Origin: an uncultured Candidatus Saccharimonadales bacterium
Lineage (GTDB): Bacteria > Patescibacteriota > Saccharimonadia > UBA4664
Direction: 5' to 3'
Assembly (NCBI GenBank): GCA_964467655.1
Contig: CAYXSN010000001.1
Location: 6,323 to 70,322 of the forward strand
Length of the DNA stretch: 64,000 nt
The notes under the pieces are model-generated. The model was not told the origin of the DNA. It was given only the letters and a program-made list of their open reading frames with translations, and ran no database searches. The translations under genes and the position numbers were made by a program. This document shows, piece after piece, positions 19,125 to 27,787 of the stretch. Position 1 is the first letter of the stretch. Every line of letters starts with the position of its first letter.

Positions 19125-20114
19125 TCATGGACTGTCCTTTGCTGGGTTTGTGGGTTCGATAATCGTTAGAATATAATCCAGAAATGTCTGCATATGACAA
19201 CTTAAATCCGATTCGACATCACCAGTATCGCATTTTGAAGCAATAGTCTTTGCCCTACGACTGAACGAGATGCCAATTTCGTCACTTGTAGATGTACAAA
19301 TAACAAAACTGCCGTAATCGTCAGAGTAATATTCGCCGAACGCGAATGTTAAACTGAAGTTGCTCGATAATCTACCGAAGATCGCTACAATTAGGCAAGG
19401 CTTGGGAGCTGAGGCTTTAAGTATAGTAATCTGTGTTATTGGTTCATTCGGATCCCAATCTAAAAGTGCAGCTTCCCATCCGTATATGTAGACCGCATTC
19501 AGAGACAACACCAACCTGTCTATTCTTGATTGATGCTCACTTAGACATTTCGAAAACGCATCGATTATACGTTGAACTTGCGTCGGCACAGTAGGTGCTG
19601 GATTGAGTTGTCTGATAATTATTTCGCCTGCCGAAATTAAGCCTTCGACGGCATTATTTTCTTGAAAGTGGTAGTCACTATATGATTGTTGCTGTGACCC
19701 GCTTAGATTAATCCTGACTTTGTCCCGTACATTTGCAACCAAGATATCAGTTACTTTTTGGCGCCTCCGACGTATCAGCATTACGGCTTGGAGGCTAAAT
19801 AGCCCCCGTTGAAAGCTGATGCAATATACTTTGATTGATCGCTGTGATGTAGTGGCCGGCACGAGCATATAGTACTGACCTTGGTGGTCATGTAGATTAC
19901 TGGCTAAATGGATTATGCCAGATTCGTTGACAACGCCAATTTGTTGATCTTCACGAACGAGTCCTTGGATAATTGACGCAAGTAGCTTACTGCTTCGATC
20001 GGCTGGATTCGCTATATCTGCAATGGATTCGGCTGCTGAGATAAATACATGGGCAAGCGAAGTCAGAGTCTCGTCTGGTAATGCGGTTGCCTCATTCATA
20101 TAACGTCCAATCAT
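19125..20114 (-). CDS. Hypothetical protein, low-GC ORFan inserted between tuf and rpsJ
   Basis: Long ORF (356 aa in the track; 329 aa from the first ATG downstream of the predicted promoter, MIGRYMNEATALPDE...). GC by eye is about 43-46 percent against about 57 percent in flanking genes. No recognisable domain. Flanked by a terminator (20197-20236) and a hairpin (19038-19071). Confidence 0.6.
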   Translation of the reverse strand: MIGRYMNEATALPDETLTSLAHVFISAAESIADIANPADRSSKLLASIIQGLVREDQQIGVVNESGIIHLASNLHDHQGQYYMLVPATTSQRSIKVYCISFQRGLFSLQAVMLIRRRRQKVTDILVANVRDKVRINLSGSQQQSYSDYHFQENNAVEGLISAGEIIIRQLNPAPTVPTQVQRIIDAFSKCLSEHQSRIDRLVLSLNAVYIYGWEAALLDWDPNEPITQITILKASAPKPCLIVAIFGRLSSNFSLTFAFGEYYSDDYGSFVICTSTSDEIGISFSRRAKTIASKCDTGDVESDLSCHMQTFLDYILTIIEPTNPAKDSP

Positions 20115-20151
20115 ATGGGCGGGCGACGGCAGTGTGTAAAGGTGCCGCCTG

Positions 20152-20180
20152 ATTATGCCGTAGTAATGGCAACTTGGCAA
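20152..20180 (-). promoter_or_regulatory. Candidate promoter for the low-GC ORF (TTGCCA-17nt-CATAAT)
   Basis: Minus strand reads TTGCCA (plus 20175-20180), 17 nt, then CATAAT (plus 20152-20157), about 40 nt upstream of the ATG at 20114. Confidence 0.35.
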
Positions 20181-20196
20181 TGATTTTGGACACAAC

Positions 20197-20236
20197 TAAA
20201 AACAGGCTCCGGTTGGGAGCCTGTTTTTAGTTTTTT
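20197..20236 (-). terminator. Bidirectional rho-independent terminator downstream of tuf
   Basis: 9-bp stem ACAGGCTCC-GGTTG-GGAGCCTGT, flanked by an A run upstream and TTTTTAGTTTTTT downstream. On the minus strand it sits 11 nt after the tuf stop. Confidence 0.6.
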
Positions 20237-20247
20237 GTAACGAGGCG

Positions 20248-21432
20248 TTACTTGATGACTTTAGTTACCACACCGGCGCCAACGGTTCGGCCACCTTCGC
20301 GGATAGCGAAGCGCAGGCCTTCTTCCATGGCGATCGGAGCGATCAACTCAACTTTCATCTTGATGTCGTCGCCAGGCATGACCATCTCAACGCCTTCAGG
20401 CAAGATGACAGCACCGGTTACATCGGTGGTGCGGACGTAGAACTGAGGCTTGTAGCCCTTGAAGAACGGAGTGTGACGGCCGCCCTCATCCTTGTTCAAG
20501 ACGTACACCTGGGCCTCAAACTCGGTGTGAGGAGTAACGGTACCGGGCTTAGCCAAAACCTGGCCGCGCTCGATGTCGGTACGTTCAACGCCGCGCAGCA
20601 AAGCTCCCACGTTGTCACCGGCCTGGGCGTCAGGCAGCAGTTTCTTGAACATTTCAACGCCGGTTACGACGGTTTTCTTGGTGGGGCGGATACCGACGAT
20701 TTCAACTTCGTCGTTGACCTTGAGGACACCCTGGTCGATGCGGCCGGTGGCAACAGTACCGCGGCCTTTGATCGAGAAGACGTCTTCAATAGCCATCAAA
20801 AACGGCTTGTCGACTTCGCGCTTGGGCTCAGGGAAGTAGTCGTCCATAGCTTTGACGAGGTCTAAAATGGACTGCTCGTTGTCGGCATCGCCTTCGAGAG
20901 CCTTGAGGGCAGAGCCCTTGATGATCGGGCAGTTCTCGTCGAACTCGTTCTTGGCGAGGAGCTCGCGGATTTCCATCTCGACCAATTCGGCCAGCTCTGG
21001 GTCGGCCATGTCCATTTTGTTCATGTAAACCAGAATGGAAGGCACACCCACCTGGCGGGCCAACAGAATGTGCTCGCGGGTCTGAGGCATGGGGCCATCG
21101 GCAGCAGATACCACGAGGATGGCACCATCAACCTGGGCGGCGCCGGTGATCATGTTTTTAACGTAGTCAGCGTGACCAGGCATGTCGACGTGGGCGTAGT
21201 GACGCTTCTCGGACTCATATTCCTGGTGGCTGGTAGCGATGGTAATACCACGCTGGCGCTCTTCGGGAGCGTTGTCAATCTGGTCGTAAGCGACCGGCTT
21301 GTTGATGTCTGAAGGCATCTTCTTTGCCAGTACCGAGGTAATGGCGGCGGTCAACGTGGTTTTACCGTGGTCGACGTGACCCATAGTGCCCACATTGAGG
21401 TGCGGTTTGTTGCGCTGGAATGTATCAGCCAT
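20248..21432 (-). CDS. tuf: Elongation factor Tu
   Basis: 394-aa [34 protein letters not shown]...[18 protein letters not shown], canonical EF-Tu G-domain motifs. AAGGAG 6 nt upstream of the ATG. Confidence 0.97.
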   Translation of the reverse strand: MADTFQRNKPHLNVGTMGHVDHGKTTLTAAITSVLAKKMPSDINKPVAYDQIDNAPEERQRGITIATSHQEYESEKRHYAHVDMPGHADYVKNMITGAAQVDGAILVVSAADGPMPQTREHILLARQVGVPSILVYMNKMDMADPELAELVEMEIRELLAKNEFDENCPIIKGSALKALEGDADNEQSILDLVKAMDDYFPEPKREVDKPFLMAIEDVFSIKGRGTVATGRIDQGVLKVNDEVEIVGIRPTKKTVVTGVEMFKKLLPDAQAGDNVGALLRGVERTDIERGQVLAKPGTVTPHTEFEAQVYVLNKDEGGRHTPFFKGYKPQFYVRTTDVTGAVILPEGVEMVMPGDDIKMKVELIAPIAMEEGLRFAIREGGRTVGAGVVTKVIK

Positions 21433-21527
21433 ACAATCTCCTTAAAAAAATTATGATTCGTCCCACGCCCCACTCAGGCGTGGGAATGCGGGTCAGCATA
21501 AAAATACTGCCCGCATTGGACGTAGGT

Positions 21528-21557
21528 ATTATAGGGGTTTTGAGCGCCTTTTGTAAA
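21528..21557 (-). promoter_or_regulatory. Candidate tuf promoter (TTTACA-18nt-TATAAT)
   Basis: Minus strand reads TTTACA (plus 21552-21557), 18 nt, then TATAAT (plus 21528-21533). Two hairpins lie in the roughly 90-nt leader. Confidence 0.45.
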
Positions 21558-21657
21558 GTAGTAGGTGCCGCCAGGGATTAACGGTTTGTCCTGTGTGGGT
21601 TACGTTCCCACTCCGGCCAATAATGGTGTTATGCCTGATAGTGACATTTTGGAGGGA

Positions 21658-22221
21658 TTATTTGATGTGGCCCAGATGGATGCCGGCTAGCATGAGCGCG
21701 GCGATGGTCTGGCCATTTGTAATTGTGCCGTCTTTGATGAGTTTGAGGGCGCTATTCCAAGTGACGAATTTGGTGGCTTCAGGGTTGTCTGATGTGTGTC
21801 GAATACCCGGAGCCAGCTTATGGAGGGTTTGAGCTATATATACTAACGAATACTCGGGTGTACGGCCGATGAACGGATATGTTTGATGCGGCAGGAGTTG
21901 CCAGTGCTCAGCCATATAGCCAGCTTCTTCGGCCAGCTCGCGTTGGGCCATGTCGAGCGGGTCTTGCCCATCGGTGGAACCACCCGGCAGCTCAAGGGAT
22001 GGAGCGTTAATTACGAACCGGTTTTGTTCGACGAGCGCCAACCGATGACGGTTATCAAGGGCCACCACCAAAACGCTGGGTGGGCTTTCGATCCAGGTGT
22101 AGACGCTTGCCTGGCCACTTGGTTCGATGACATTATCTTCGTGCAGGCTGAAGCGGCTGTTTTGGTAAACTGTGCGGCTACTAATGCGTTGCCATTGGCT
22201 CATGCCATTATTGTATAGCAT
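21658..22221 (-). CDS. Nudix hydrolase (ADP-ribose pyrophosphatase-like)
   Basis: 187-aa ORF with a Nudix box, LPGGSTDGQDPLDMAQRELAEEAGY. Confidence 0.75.
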   Translation of the reverse strand: MLYNNGMSQWQRISSRTVYQNSRFSLHEDNVIEPSGQASVYTWIESPPSVLVVALDNRHRLALVEQNRFVINAPSLELPGGSTDGQDPLDMAQRELAEEAGYMAEHWQLLPHQTYPFIGRTPEYSLVYIAQTLHKLAPGIRHTSDNPEATKFVTWNSALKLIKDGTITNGQTIAALMLAGIHLGHIK

Positions 22222-22272
22222 AAGCGGTCCAGTAGGTAGGTACCCGCTGGACCGCTGGCCGTTACGATTGGT

Positions 22273-22728
22273 TTAACGCTTACTGGACTGAGGCCGTTTG
22301 CGCCGGACTTTGTATGGTTGAGTCCCGGGTGGAGCGGGCGTTGGTCTATTTGTCTCCCGCTTGACGCGAATGTCGAGCTCGTGATCGACACCGGCGATAG
22401 CATTGATGACATTCGTGACAACATCAAGTGCGAATCGGCGGGCGACCCGAAATTTGTCTGGTGGTACTTCATAGACTGCCACACCTGGATGTTTGTGGTA
22501 TGTTCCGCGCAGCTCCACCCACTTTATTTGGCCGCCGAATTGCTTCATGACTGCCCTCACGCTTGAGTAGATACCGGTGTTTGGTTCGTTGACAGCCGGG
22601 TTTGGGGCAAACTCAAAGGTTCTTTGGGGCCAGCACCGCTGCAAGTCGGGCGGTAGCACGAGCAGTAGCGTGCCATGGCGAGGATCTTGGTGGATAAACT
22701 CTACGCTCACAACGATAGTTGTCGTCAT
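22273..22728 (-). CDS. Hypothetical protein (151 aa) co-oriented with the downstream Nudix gene
   Basis: Start trimmed to MTTTIVVSVEF... (GGAG 7 nt upstream), the first ATG after the predicted promoter. Basic Pro-rich C-terminal tail. No family recognised; a Tpt1/KptA resemblance was checked and rejected. Confidence 0.5.
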   Translation of the reverse strand: MTTTIVVSVEFIHQDPRHGTLLLVLPPDLQRCWPQRTFEFAPNPAVNEPNTGIYSSVRAVMKQFGGQIKWVELRGTYHKHPGVAVYEVPPDKFRVARRFALDVVTNVINAIAGVDHELDIRVKRETNRPTPAPPGTQPYKVRRKRPQSSKR

Positions 22729-22792
22729 TGTCACTCCACTAGGATTCGGGGTTGGATGAAGTATAAGGTGCTCTGGACCGGCGGGTACTTGT

Positions 22793-22821
22793 ATAATAGG
22801 CACCCACACCAGAGACGTCAA
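22793..22821 (-). promoter_or_regulatory. Strong sigma70-like promoter (TTGACG-17nt-TATTAT) for the hyp151-Nudix pair
   Basis: Minus strand reads TTGACG (plus 22816-22821), 17 nt, then TATTAT (plus 22793-22798), immediately after the fusA terminator. Confidence 0.5.
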
Positions 22822-22834
22822 ATCAAGACACATC

Positions 22835-22865
22835 AAAACGGCAGCTCATTATGAGCTACCGTTTT
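22835..22865 (-). terminator. Rho-independent terminator downstream of fusA
   Basis: Near-perfect palindrome AAAACGGCAGCTCAT-T-ATGAGCTACCGTTTT on plus, with one G-U wobble on the minus-strand RNA. It follows the fusA stop by about 20 nt. Confidence 0.55.
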
Positions 22866-22883
22866 GGATGACGCAGAGCGAAA

Positions 22884-24965
22884 CTAGTCTTTTTTTGCAC
22901 CTGATTTGGCCATAATCTCTTCGGCTACCTGGCGTGGCACTTCTTCGTAATGGTCGAATTCCATAGAGTTCGAAGCCCGACCTTGAGTCATTGACCTGAG
23001 AGTCGTGGTGTAGCCAAACATTTCGGCCAGCGGCACGAAGGCATCGATGATTTTGGCACCGGAGCGGTCTTCCATTTTCTCGATGCGTCCCCGCTTGGAG
23101 TTGAGGTCGCCGATGACGTCGCCCATGAACTCTTCTGGTACGGTCACTTCAACTTTCATAATTGGCTCGAGGATGATGGGCTCAGCCTTTTTGGCAGCTG
23201 CCTGGAAGGCCATGGAACCGGCCACCTTGAAGGCCATTTCATTGGAGTCGACATCGTGATATGAGCCGTCGTACAGTTTGGCTTTGATATCCACCATCGG
23301 GAAGCCGGCTGAAACGCCGTTTTGCATGGCTTCCTTCACGCCTTCTTCGGTTGGCTTGATGTACTCGCGAGGCACGACACCACCGACAATGGCGTTTTCA
23401 AACTCGAATCCGCCACCTGGTTCAAGTGGTGTCAGTTCAACCCAGACATCGCCGTACTGACCGCGACCACCTGATTGGCGGACGAATTTGCCTTGGGCCT
23501 GGGCGGTCTTCTTGATGGTTTCACGGTAAGCTACCTGAGGCTTGCCAACGTTGGCTTCTACCTTGAACTCACGTTTCATACGATCAACGAGGATATCGAG
23601 ATGGAGCTCACCCATGCCCTCGAGAATGGTTTGAGCAGTCTGCTCGTCGGTGTGCACACGGAAAGTGGGATCTTCTTCGGCTAAACGCTGAAGGGCATTA
23701 CCCATCTTCTCTTGGTCAGACTTGGTCTTGGGTTCTACGGCAATTGAGATGACCGGCTCGGGGAAGGTGATGCTCTCGAGAATCACTGGATGGTCAAGAT
23801 CGGTGAGAGTATGCCCGGTTGTGGTGCCCTTGAGGCCGACGGCGGCGGCAATTTCACCGGCGGATACTTCTTGGACTTCTTCGCGAGAGTTGGCGTGCAT
23901 GAGTACGAGGCGGCCGATGCGTTCTTTTTCGCCAGTTGAGGCGTTTAAGATATATGAACCGCTTTTGAGTACGCCTGAGTATACCCTGAAGAAAGCTAGC
24001 TTACCAATGAATGGGTCGGTGGCAATCTTGAAGGCCAGGGCGCTAAATGGCTCTTCGTCGGCTGGTTTGCGCTCAAGCTCTTCGCCAGATTTGGGATTGG
24101 TGCCCCAAACTGAACCAACGTCGAGCGGGTTGGGCAGGAAGTCGACCATGGCATCGAGCAATTTTTCCACGATGACTCCGCGACCATCGCCACCGGTTAC
24201 GGCAAAGAACTGACCCGAGAGCACGCTTTTGCGGATAGCGCTCTTGAGTTCATCGGTAGTCAGCTCGTGGCCTTCGAGGTACTTCTCCATAAGGGCGTCA
24301 TCGGCTTCCACGGCGGCTTCCACCAAATGTTGGCGGTAATTCTTGGCTTTTTCGAGCATGTCGGCTGGAATTTCGCCCTCAATCAGCTCGTGGTCGTGGT
24401 ATTCCTTGTAGGTGTAGGCTTTCATTTCGATAAGGTCGATTACGCCATTGATGGTCTGCTCGAAACCGATGGGCAGGTGGATGGCATAGGCACGCTTGCT
24501 TAAACGCTCATGGATTGATTCGAGCGACTTGTAGAAGTCGCCGCCGGTCTGGTTGATCTTATTGATGAAGCAGATGCGCGGCACGCCGTATTTGTCGGCC
24601 TGGCGCCAAACCGTTTCTGACTGCGGCTCTACGCCCATCTTACCGTCGAACACGGTGACGGCGCCGTCGAGCACGCGCAAGCTACGCTCCACTTCTACCG
24701 TGAAATCGATGTGACCAGGGGTATCAATGATGTTGATGCGTCGACCTTTCCAAAAGCAGGTAGTGGCTGCGGAGGTAATGGTAATGCCACGTTCGCGCTC
24801 TTGCTCCATCCAGTCCATGGTGGCTTCACCTTGGTGGACTTCACCGATCTTGTGGGTTTTACCGGTGCGGTACAAAATACCCTCGGTGGTCGTGGTTTTG
24901 CCAGCATCAATGTGGGCAATAATGCCGATGTTCCGGGTGTTTTCGAGCGAGTATTGACGGGCCAT
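22884..24965 (-). CDS. fusA: Elongation factor G (start trimmed to [25 protein letters not shown])
   Basis: Canonical EF-G G-domain ([20 protein letters not shown]) and domains II-V. The 34-codon N-terminal extension in the ORF track is unlikely to be translated. Confidence 0.97.
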   Translation of the reverse strand: MARQYSLENTRNIGIIAHIDAGKTTTTEGILYRTGKTHKIGEVHQGEATMDWMEQERERGITITSAATTCFWKGRRINIIDTPGHIDFTVEVERSLRVLDGAVTVFDGKMGVEPQSETVWRQADKYGVPRICFINKINQTGGDFYKSLESIHERLSKRAYAIHLPIGFEQTINGVIDLIEMKAYTYKEYHDHELIEGEIPADMLEKAKNYRQHLVEAAVEADDALMEKYLEGHELTTDELKSAIRKSVLSGQFFAVTGGDGRGVIVEKLLDAMVDFLPNPLDVGSVWGTNPKSGEELERKPADEEPFSALAFKIATDPFIGKLAFFRVYSGVLKSGSYILNASTGEKERIGRLVLMHANSREEVQEVSAGEIAAAVGLKGTTTGHTLTDLDHPVILESITFPEPVISIAVEPKTKSDQEKMGNALQRLAEEDPTFRVHTDEQTAQTILEGMGELHLDILVDRMKREFKVEANVGKPQVAYRETIKKTAQAQGKFVRQSGGRGQYGDVWVELTPLEPGGGFEFENAIVGGVVPREYIKPTEEGVKEAMQNGVSAGFPMVDIKAKLYDGSYHDVDSNEMAFKVAGSMAFQAAAKKAEPIILEPIMKVEVTVPEEFMGDVIGDLNSKRGRIEKMEDRSGAKIIDAFVPLAEMFGYTTTLRSMTQGRASNSMEFDHYEEVPRQVAEEIMAKSGAKKD

Positions 24966-25027
24966 GGGGGTAGTTAGAATCCTTTCATAATAATATGTCC
25001 TACACGAAAAAAGCGTGCCAGGCACAA

Positions 25028-25057
25028 ACTTATGGTTATTATACAAGCTAACTACTT
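25028..25057 (-). promoter_or_regulatory. Candidate fusA promoter (TTGATT-18nt-TATAAT, TG immediately upstream of -10)
   Basis: Minus strand reads TTGATT (plus 25052-25057), 18 nt, then TGTATAAT (plus 25028-25035), about 60 nt upstream of the trimmed fusA ATG. AT-rich region. Confidence 0.45.
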
Positions 25058-25074
25058 GGCTAATCAAGTGCTAT
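25046..25074 (+). promoter_or_regulatory. Divergent plus-strand promoter (TTGGCT-17nt-TATTAT), back to back with the fusA promoter
   Basis: Plus strand reads TTGGCT (25046-25051), 17 nt, then TATTAT (25069-25074). Its -35 abuts the -35 of the minus-strand fusA promoter. Confidence 0.4.
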
Positions 25075-25116
25075 ATGGTATTATTTTGTGCGTTCGGTAC
25101 CTACACAATCGAGACG

Positions 25117-25293
25117 ATGAAAGCAGGTAACATCATGAGTTGGCCCGGTCTTAAGCGTACGAACGGCACGGTTCCGTCTCCAGAGAAGCCTGACGTGATA
25201 AGGGGTAGGCGAAAGGCGCAAGAAGAGAAGGAAGAGCAAGAGCGCCTAGCGCGTCGTGGTAGGTGGATGCCAAGAGCCTTTAAGAAGAAGTAA
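25117..25293 (+). CDS. Small basic hypothetical protein (58 aa); coding status uncertain
   Basis: ATG at 25117 gives MKAGNIMSWPGLKRTNGTVPSPEKPDVIRGRRKAQEEKEEQERLARRGRWMPRAFKKK. It lies between the plus-strand promoter and a plus-strand intrinsic terminator. Weak SD. Confidence 0.3.
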   Translation: MKAGNIMSWPGLKRTNGTVPSPEKPDVIRGRRKAQEEKEEQERLARRGRWMPRAFKKK

Positions 25294-25432
25294 CGAGAGA
25301 ACACGCAGGATAGTCATAAGCCCGGAAAATGATCTGCCTGACTGGCATTCTTCCGAACTGATACCCCTAAGGAGCAAGCATGACTAACTACGATTCAGAA
25401 AATAGGCGCGGTGAGCGTACCTAAGCACCACC

Positions 25433-25470
25433 AGCCCGTTACGCGATCCTTGCGTAGCGGGCTTTTACTT
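25433..25470 (+). terminator. Plus-strand rho-independent terminator (12-bp stem plus T tract)
   Basis: AGCCCGTTACGC-GATCCTT-GCGTAGCGGGCT followed by TTTTACTT. The same hairpin sits right at the mpl stop on the minus strand but has no U tract there. Confidence 0.55.
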
Positions 25471-26847
25471 GGCGTTGAGGGACGTTGCTAATTCGTTGGC
25501 CAGATTGTCAAATCCTGAGACCGTCATGCATACCAAAACATCACCTGGCTGGATATGGGCCTTGAGGTGGGTCACGACTTCGGGTCGGTTTTCCAGATAT
25601 GTGGCCGTTTTCCCGGCAACTTTAGCGACATCGGCGCCCGAAACAGTATGGGAGAGGTGGGCTTCGCGAGCACCTTCGATCCCGGTAATAATGCTCATGT
25701 CGGCTTCGTTGAACGCATTTGCATAGTTTGCCAGTAGCGCGGCTGTGCGTGAATAGGTATGCGGTCTGAAGACGGCAATAATGCGACGATGGCGGTAATG
25801 CAGACGGGCGGCTTCTAGAGTGGCAGCTACCTCCGTTGGGTGGTGAGCGTAATCGTCGATGACCGTGACGGCATCATCACTGGTAGTCAGGCGGTTGAAC
25901 CGTCGGTATGAGCCTTTGAACTCTGTGGCGCCGTTGATAACTTGGCCGAGATCGAGACCTGCCTTGAGGACAGCCGCGATGGCGGACAGCGAATTGAGGA
26001 CATTGTGGCGACCAAACACCGGGAGGGCGACGCGTCCGAGCACATTGCCGTACGCCACCACATCAAATTCGATTCCCGCCGGTACATAGGCAATGTTGCG
26101 GGCTTGATAATCGCCCGTGTGCAGGCCATATGTGATGATGTCACAAGGAGCCACCCGGGCTGCCGCTAGGGCGTTGCTGTTTTCGGCGCAGACAATCAGG
26201 CGCCCGGACTTTGGCAAAGCGGCTATGATTTCTTCGAATCGGCTCATGACGGCAGCTTCATTGACAAAGAAATCGGGATGATCCATTTCGATGTTGGTAA
26301 CAATGAGCGTATCTGGGTGATAGTACTGGAGTTTGGACTTGTCCTCCAAAGGACTGGCTCGATACTCGTCACCTTCGACCACCATTGTCTTGGCACCAGA
26401 TAGACGCACCGATGAATCGAAGTTGAAAGGCTGGATGCCGATGACATAATCGGGGTGGCGGCCAGCGCTCTCGAGTAGCCAGGTGATTAGCGAGCTGGTG
26501 GTAGTCTTGCCGTGAGTGCCGGCCACTGCTATTACGTGAGCTTTGGCTGACAGTTCACCTACGAGCTGAGCCCAGGATTTGACAGATATATCATGCTTGG
26601 CAGCTTCAATGATGACGGGGGTATCTGGTGATACATGAGCTCCTGTGACAATGACGGCCTCAACGCCGTGCAGATCGGCTATCTGAAACTCCCGGCTCCA
26701 CGGTATGCCATGTTCATCCAACCAAGCGGCGCCAGGGTCAGCACCAGCAGGATCAAAGCCCGAAACTTTGTACCCAAGCTGGGTGCAGGCTTCGGCCAGC
26801 CCTCGCATGGTGTGGCCGGTAATGCCAACAAAAAACAGATGTTTCAT
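25465..26847 (-). CDS. mpl: Mur ligase family protein, Mpl-like (UDP-N-acetylmuramate:L-alanyl-gamma-D-glutamyl-meso-DAP ligase) or MurC-like
   Basis: 460-aa ORF with the Mur ligase P-loop (AVAGTHGKTTTSSL) and GDEYRASPLEDKSKLQYYHPD resembling the Mpl GDEYDxAFFDKRSKF motif. Confidence 0.75.
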   Translation of the reverse strand: MKHLFFVGITGHTMRGLAEACTQLGYKVSGFDPAGADPGAAWLDEHGIPWSREFQIADLHGVEAVIVTGAHVSPDTPVIIEAAKHDISVKSWAQLVGELSAKAHVIAVAGTHGKTTTSSLITWLLESAGRHPDYVIGIQPFNFDSSVRLSGAKTMVVEGDEYRASPLEDKSKLQYYHPDTLIVTNIEMDHPDFFVNEAAVMSRFEEIIAALPKSGRLIVCAENSNALAAARVAPCDIITYGLHTGDYQARNIAYVPAGIEFDVVAYGNVLGRVALPVFGRHNVLNSLSAIAAVLKAGLDLGQVINGATEFKGSYRRFNRLTTSDDAVTVIDDYAHHPTEVAATLEAARLHYRHRRIIAVFRPHTYSRTAALLANYANAFNEADMSIITGIEGAREAHLSHTVSGADVAKVAGKTATYLENRPEVVTHLKAHIQPGDVLVCMTVSGFDNLANELATSLNAK

Positions 26848-26882
26848 GGTGCCATTGTACCATCATGCTGATAGTGCAAGAG

Positions 26883-27089
26883 TTATTTACCATTCAGATG
26901 ATGTAAGTTCATGGATTCGGTAACAAATTCTTGCCACCACCATTCGTGAGGGTTGCTGTTTTTCATCGCCTGGGCAATTGCTTGGGCTGATTTGGTTCTC
27001 AAGTGTGGTACTCGATTGATAAAATCGTCATCAAACCATTTTTGGGCCAATTTGTTACCACGCCAACCCATGAGCCACTCGATGTACAT
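26883..27089 (-). CDS. Small Trp-rich hypothetical protein (68 aa)
   Basis: ORF between mpl and the Nudix gene on the same strand. No family recognised; could be spurious. Confidence 0.3.
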   Translation of the reverse strand: MYIEWLMGWRGNKLAQKWFDDDFINRVPHLRTKSAQAIAQAMKNSNPHEWWWQEFVTESMNLHHLNGK

Positions 27090-27158
27090 GTGACCGCGGC
27101 ATATCGATGAGCATGGCGGCTTGTTCTATGAAATGGAGCGATGAGATTGACGGTTGAG

Positions 27159-27785
27159 TCATTGACTTGCCATTCGGTTTTTGACGGTAGTTCTGGCTTG
27201 AACTGTCAGATCGGGTAGGTCCAGTAGTTTTTGAAATGAATTAAGGTGATACCAAAAACGCGCGGCCAGAAAATCGTACTCCTGAGATCTCGGACCGCTG
27301 GCATCAATCAGCGCTTTCGCCTGCTGTAGTGTCATTGGCTTCACTTCAATCTTTTCGCCATTGTCGAGCTGTGGTTGGGTGTATTGGGTGGGTGCCCAGG
27401 CCAGGAATGTGTAAACTAGGCGTTCAATCCGAAAATCTTTTTGGCGGCATTCAATGAGTCGCCAATTCGCAAATGACCACCCAGTTTCCTCTGTCACTTC
27501 TCTTTGTGCGGCTTCTAGCTCGGTTTCTAGTTCAATGTCATGGGCACCAGAGGGTAAATCATAGTAGAGTGCGGAACCGGGCTGCTGTTGGTGGAGAACC
27601 AGGAGTTTATCATCGACGAGACATAATACCTCCACCGTATCAGGGCGTTTGGCCATCTCAAACGTTGCGGTGCTGCCGTCGAACATGGTCTGAGGCCACT
27701 GATAGACATCAAACATCACCCCCTCGAAGACCCGCTTGGCTTGAGAAGGTATGGTTCTAGCATATGGCGGCAGATATTGACGCAT
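27159..27785 (-). CDS. Nudix hydrolase
   Basis: 208-aa ORF with a Nudix box, SGAHDIELETELEAAQREVTEETGW. Confidence 0.8.
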   Translation of the reverse strand: MRQYLPPYARTIPSQAKRVFEGVMFDVYQWPQTMFDGSTATFEMAKRPDTVEVLCLVDDKLLVLHQQQPGSALYYDLPSGAHDIELETELEAAQREVTEETGWSFANWRLIECRQKDFRIERLVYTFLAWAPTQYTQPQLDNGEKIEVKPMTLQQAKALIDASGPRSQEYDFLAARFWYHLNSFQKLLDLPDLTVQARTTVKNRMASQ

Positions 27786-27787
27786 GG

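Noticed and set aside
22273-22728. Idea that hyp151 is a Tpt1/KptA RNA 2'-phosphotransferase, which would pair neatly with a Nudix ADP-ribose hydrolase
   Set aside because: Only a short TTIVVSVEF versus TSTVAVEF and an HGT tripeptide match. The HGT sits far too N-terminal, and the RHRR catalytic tetrad context is absent. Not supportable from sequence alone.
22273-22836. Longer 187-aa version of the hyp151 ORF starting MMCLDL...
   Set aside because: The extra 36 codons lie upstream of the predicted -10 of the only plausible promoter and run back toward the fusA terminator. Trimmed to MTTTIVV... with a GGAG RBS.
24966-25067. N-terminal extension of fusA (727-aa ORF-track version) and of tyrS (452-aa version, 51098-51250)
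   Set aside because: Canonical protein N-termini ([25 protein letters not shown] for fusA; MKATQ... for tyrS) begin downstream. For fusA the extension would run into the promoter region; for tyrS it would overlap the neighbouring gene.
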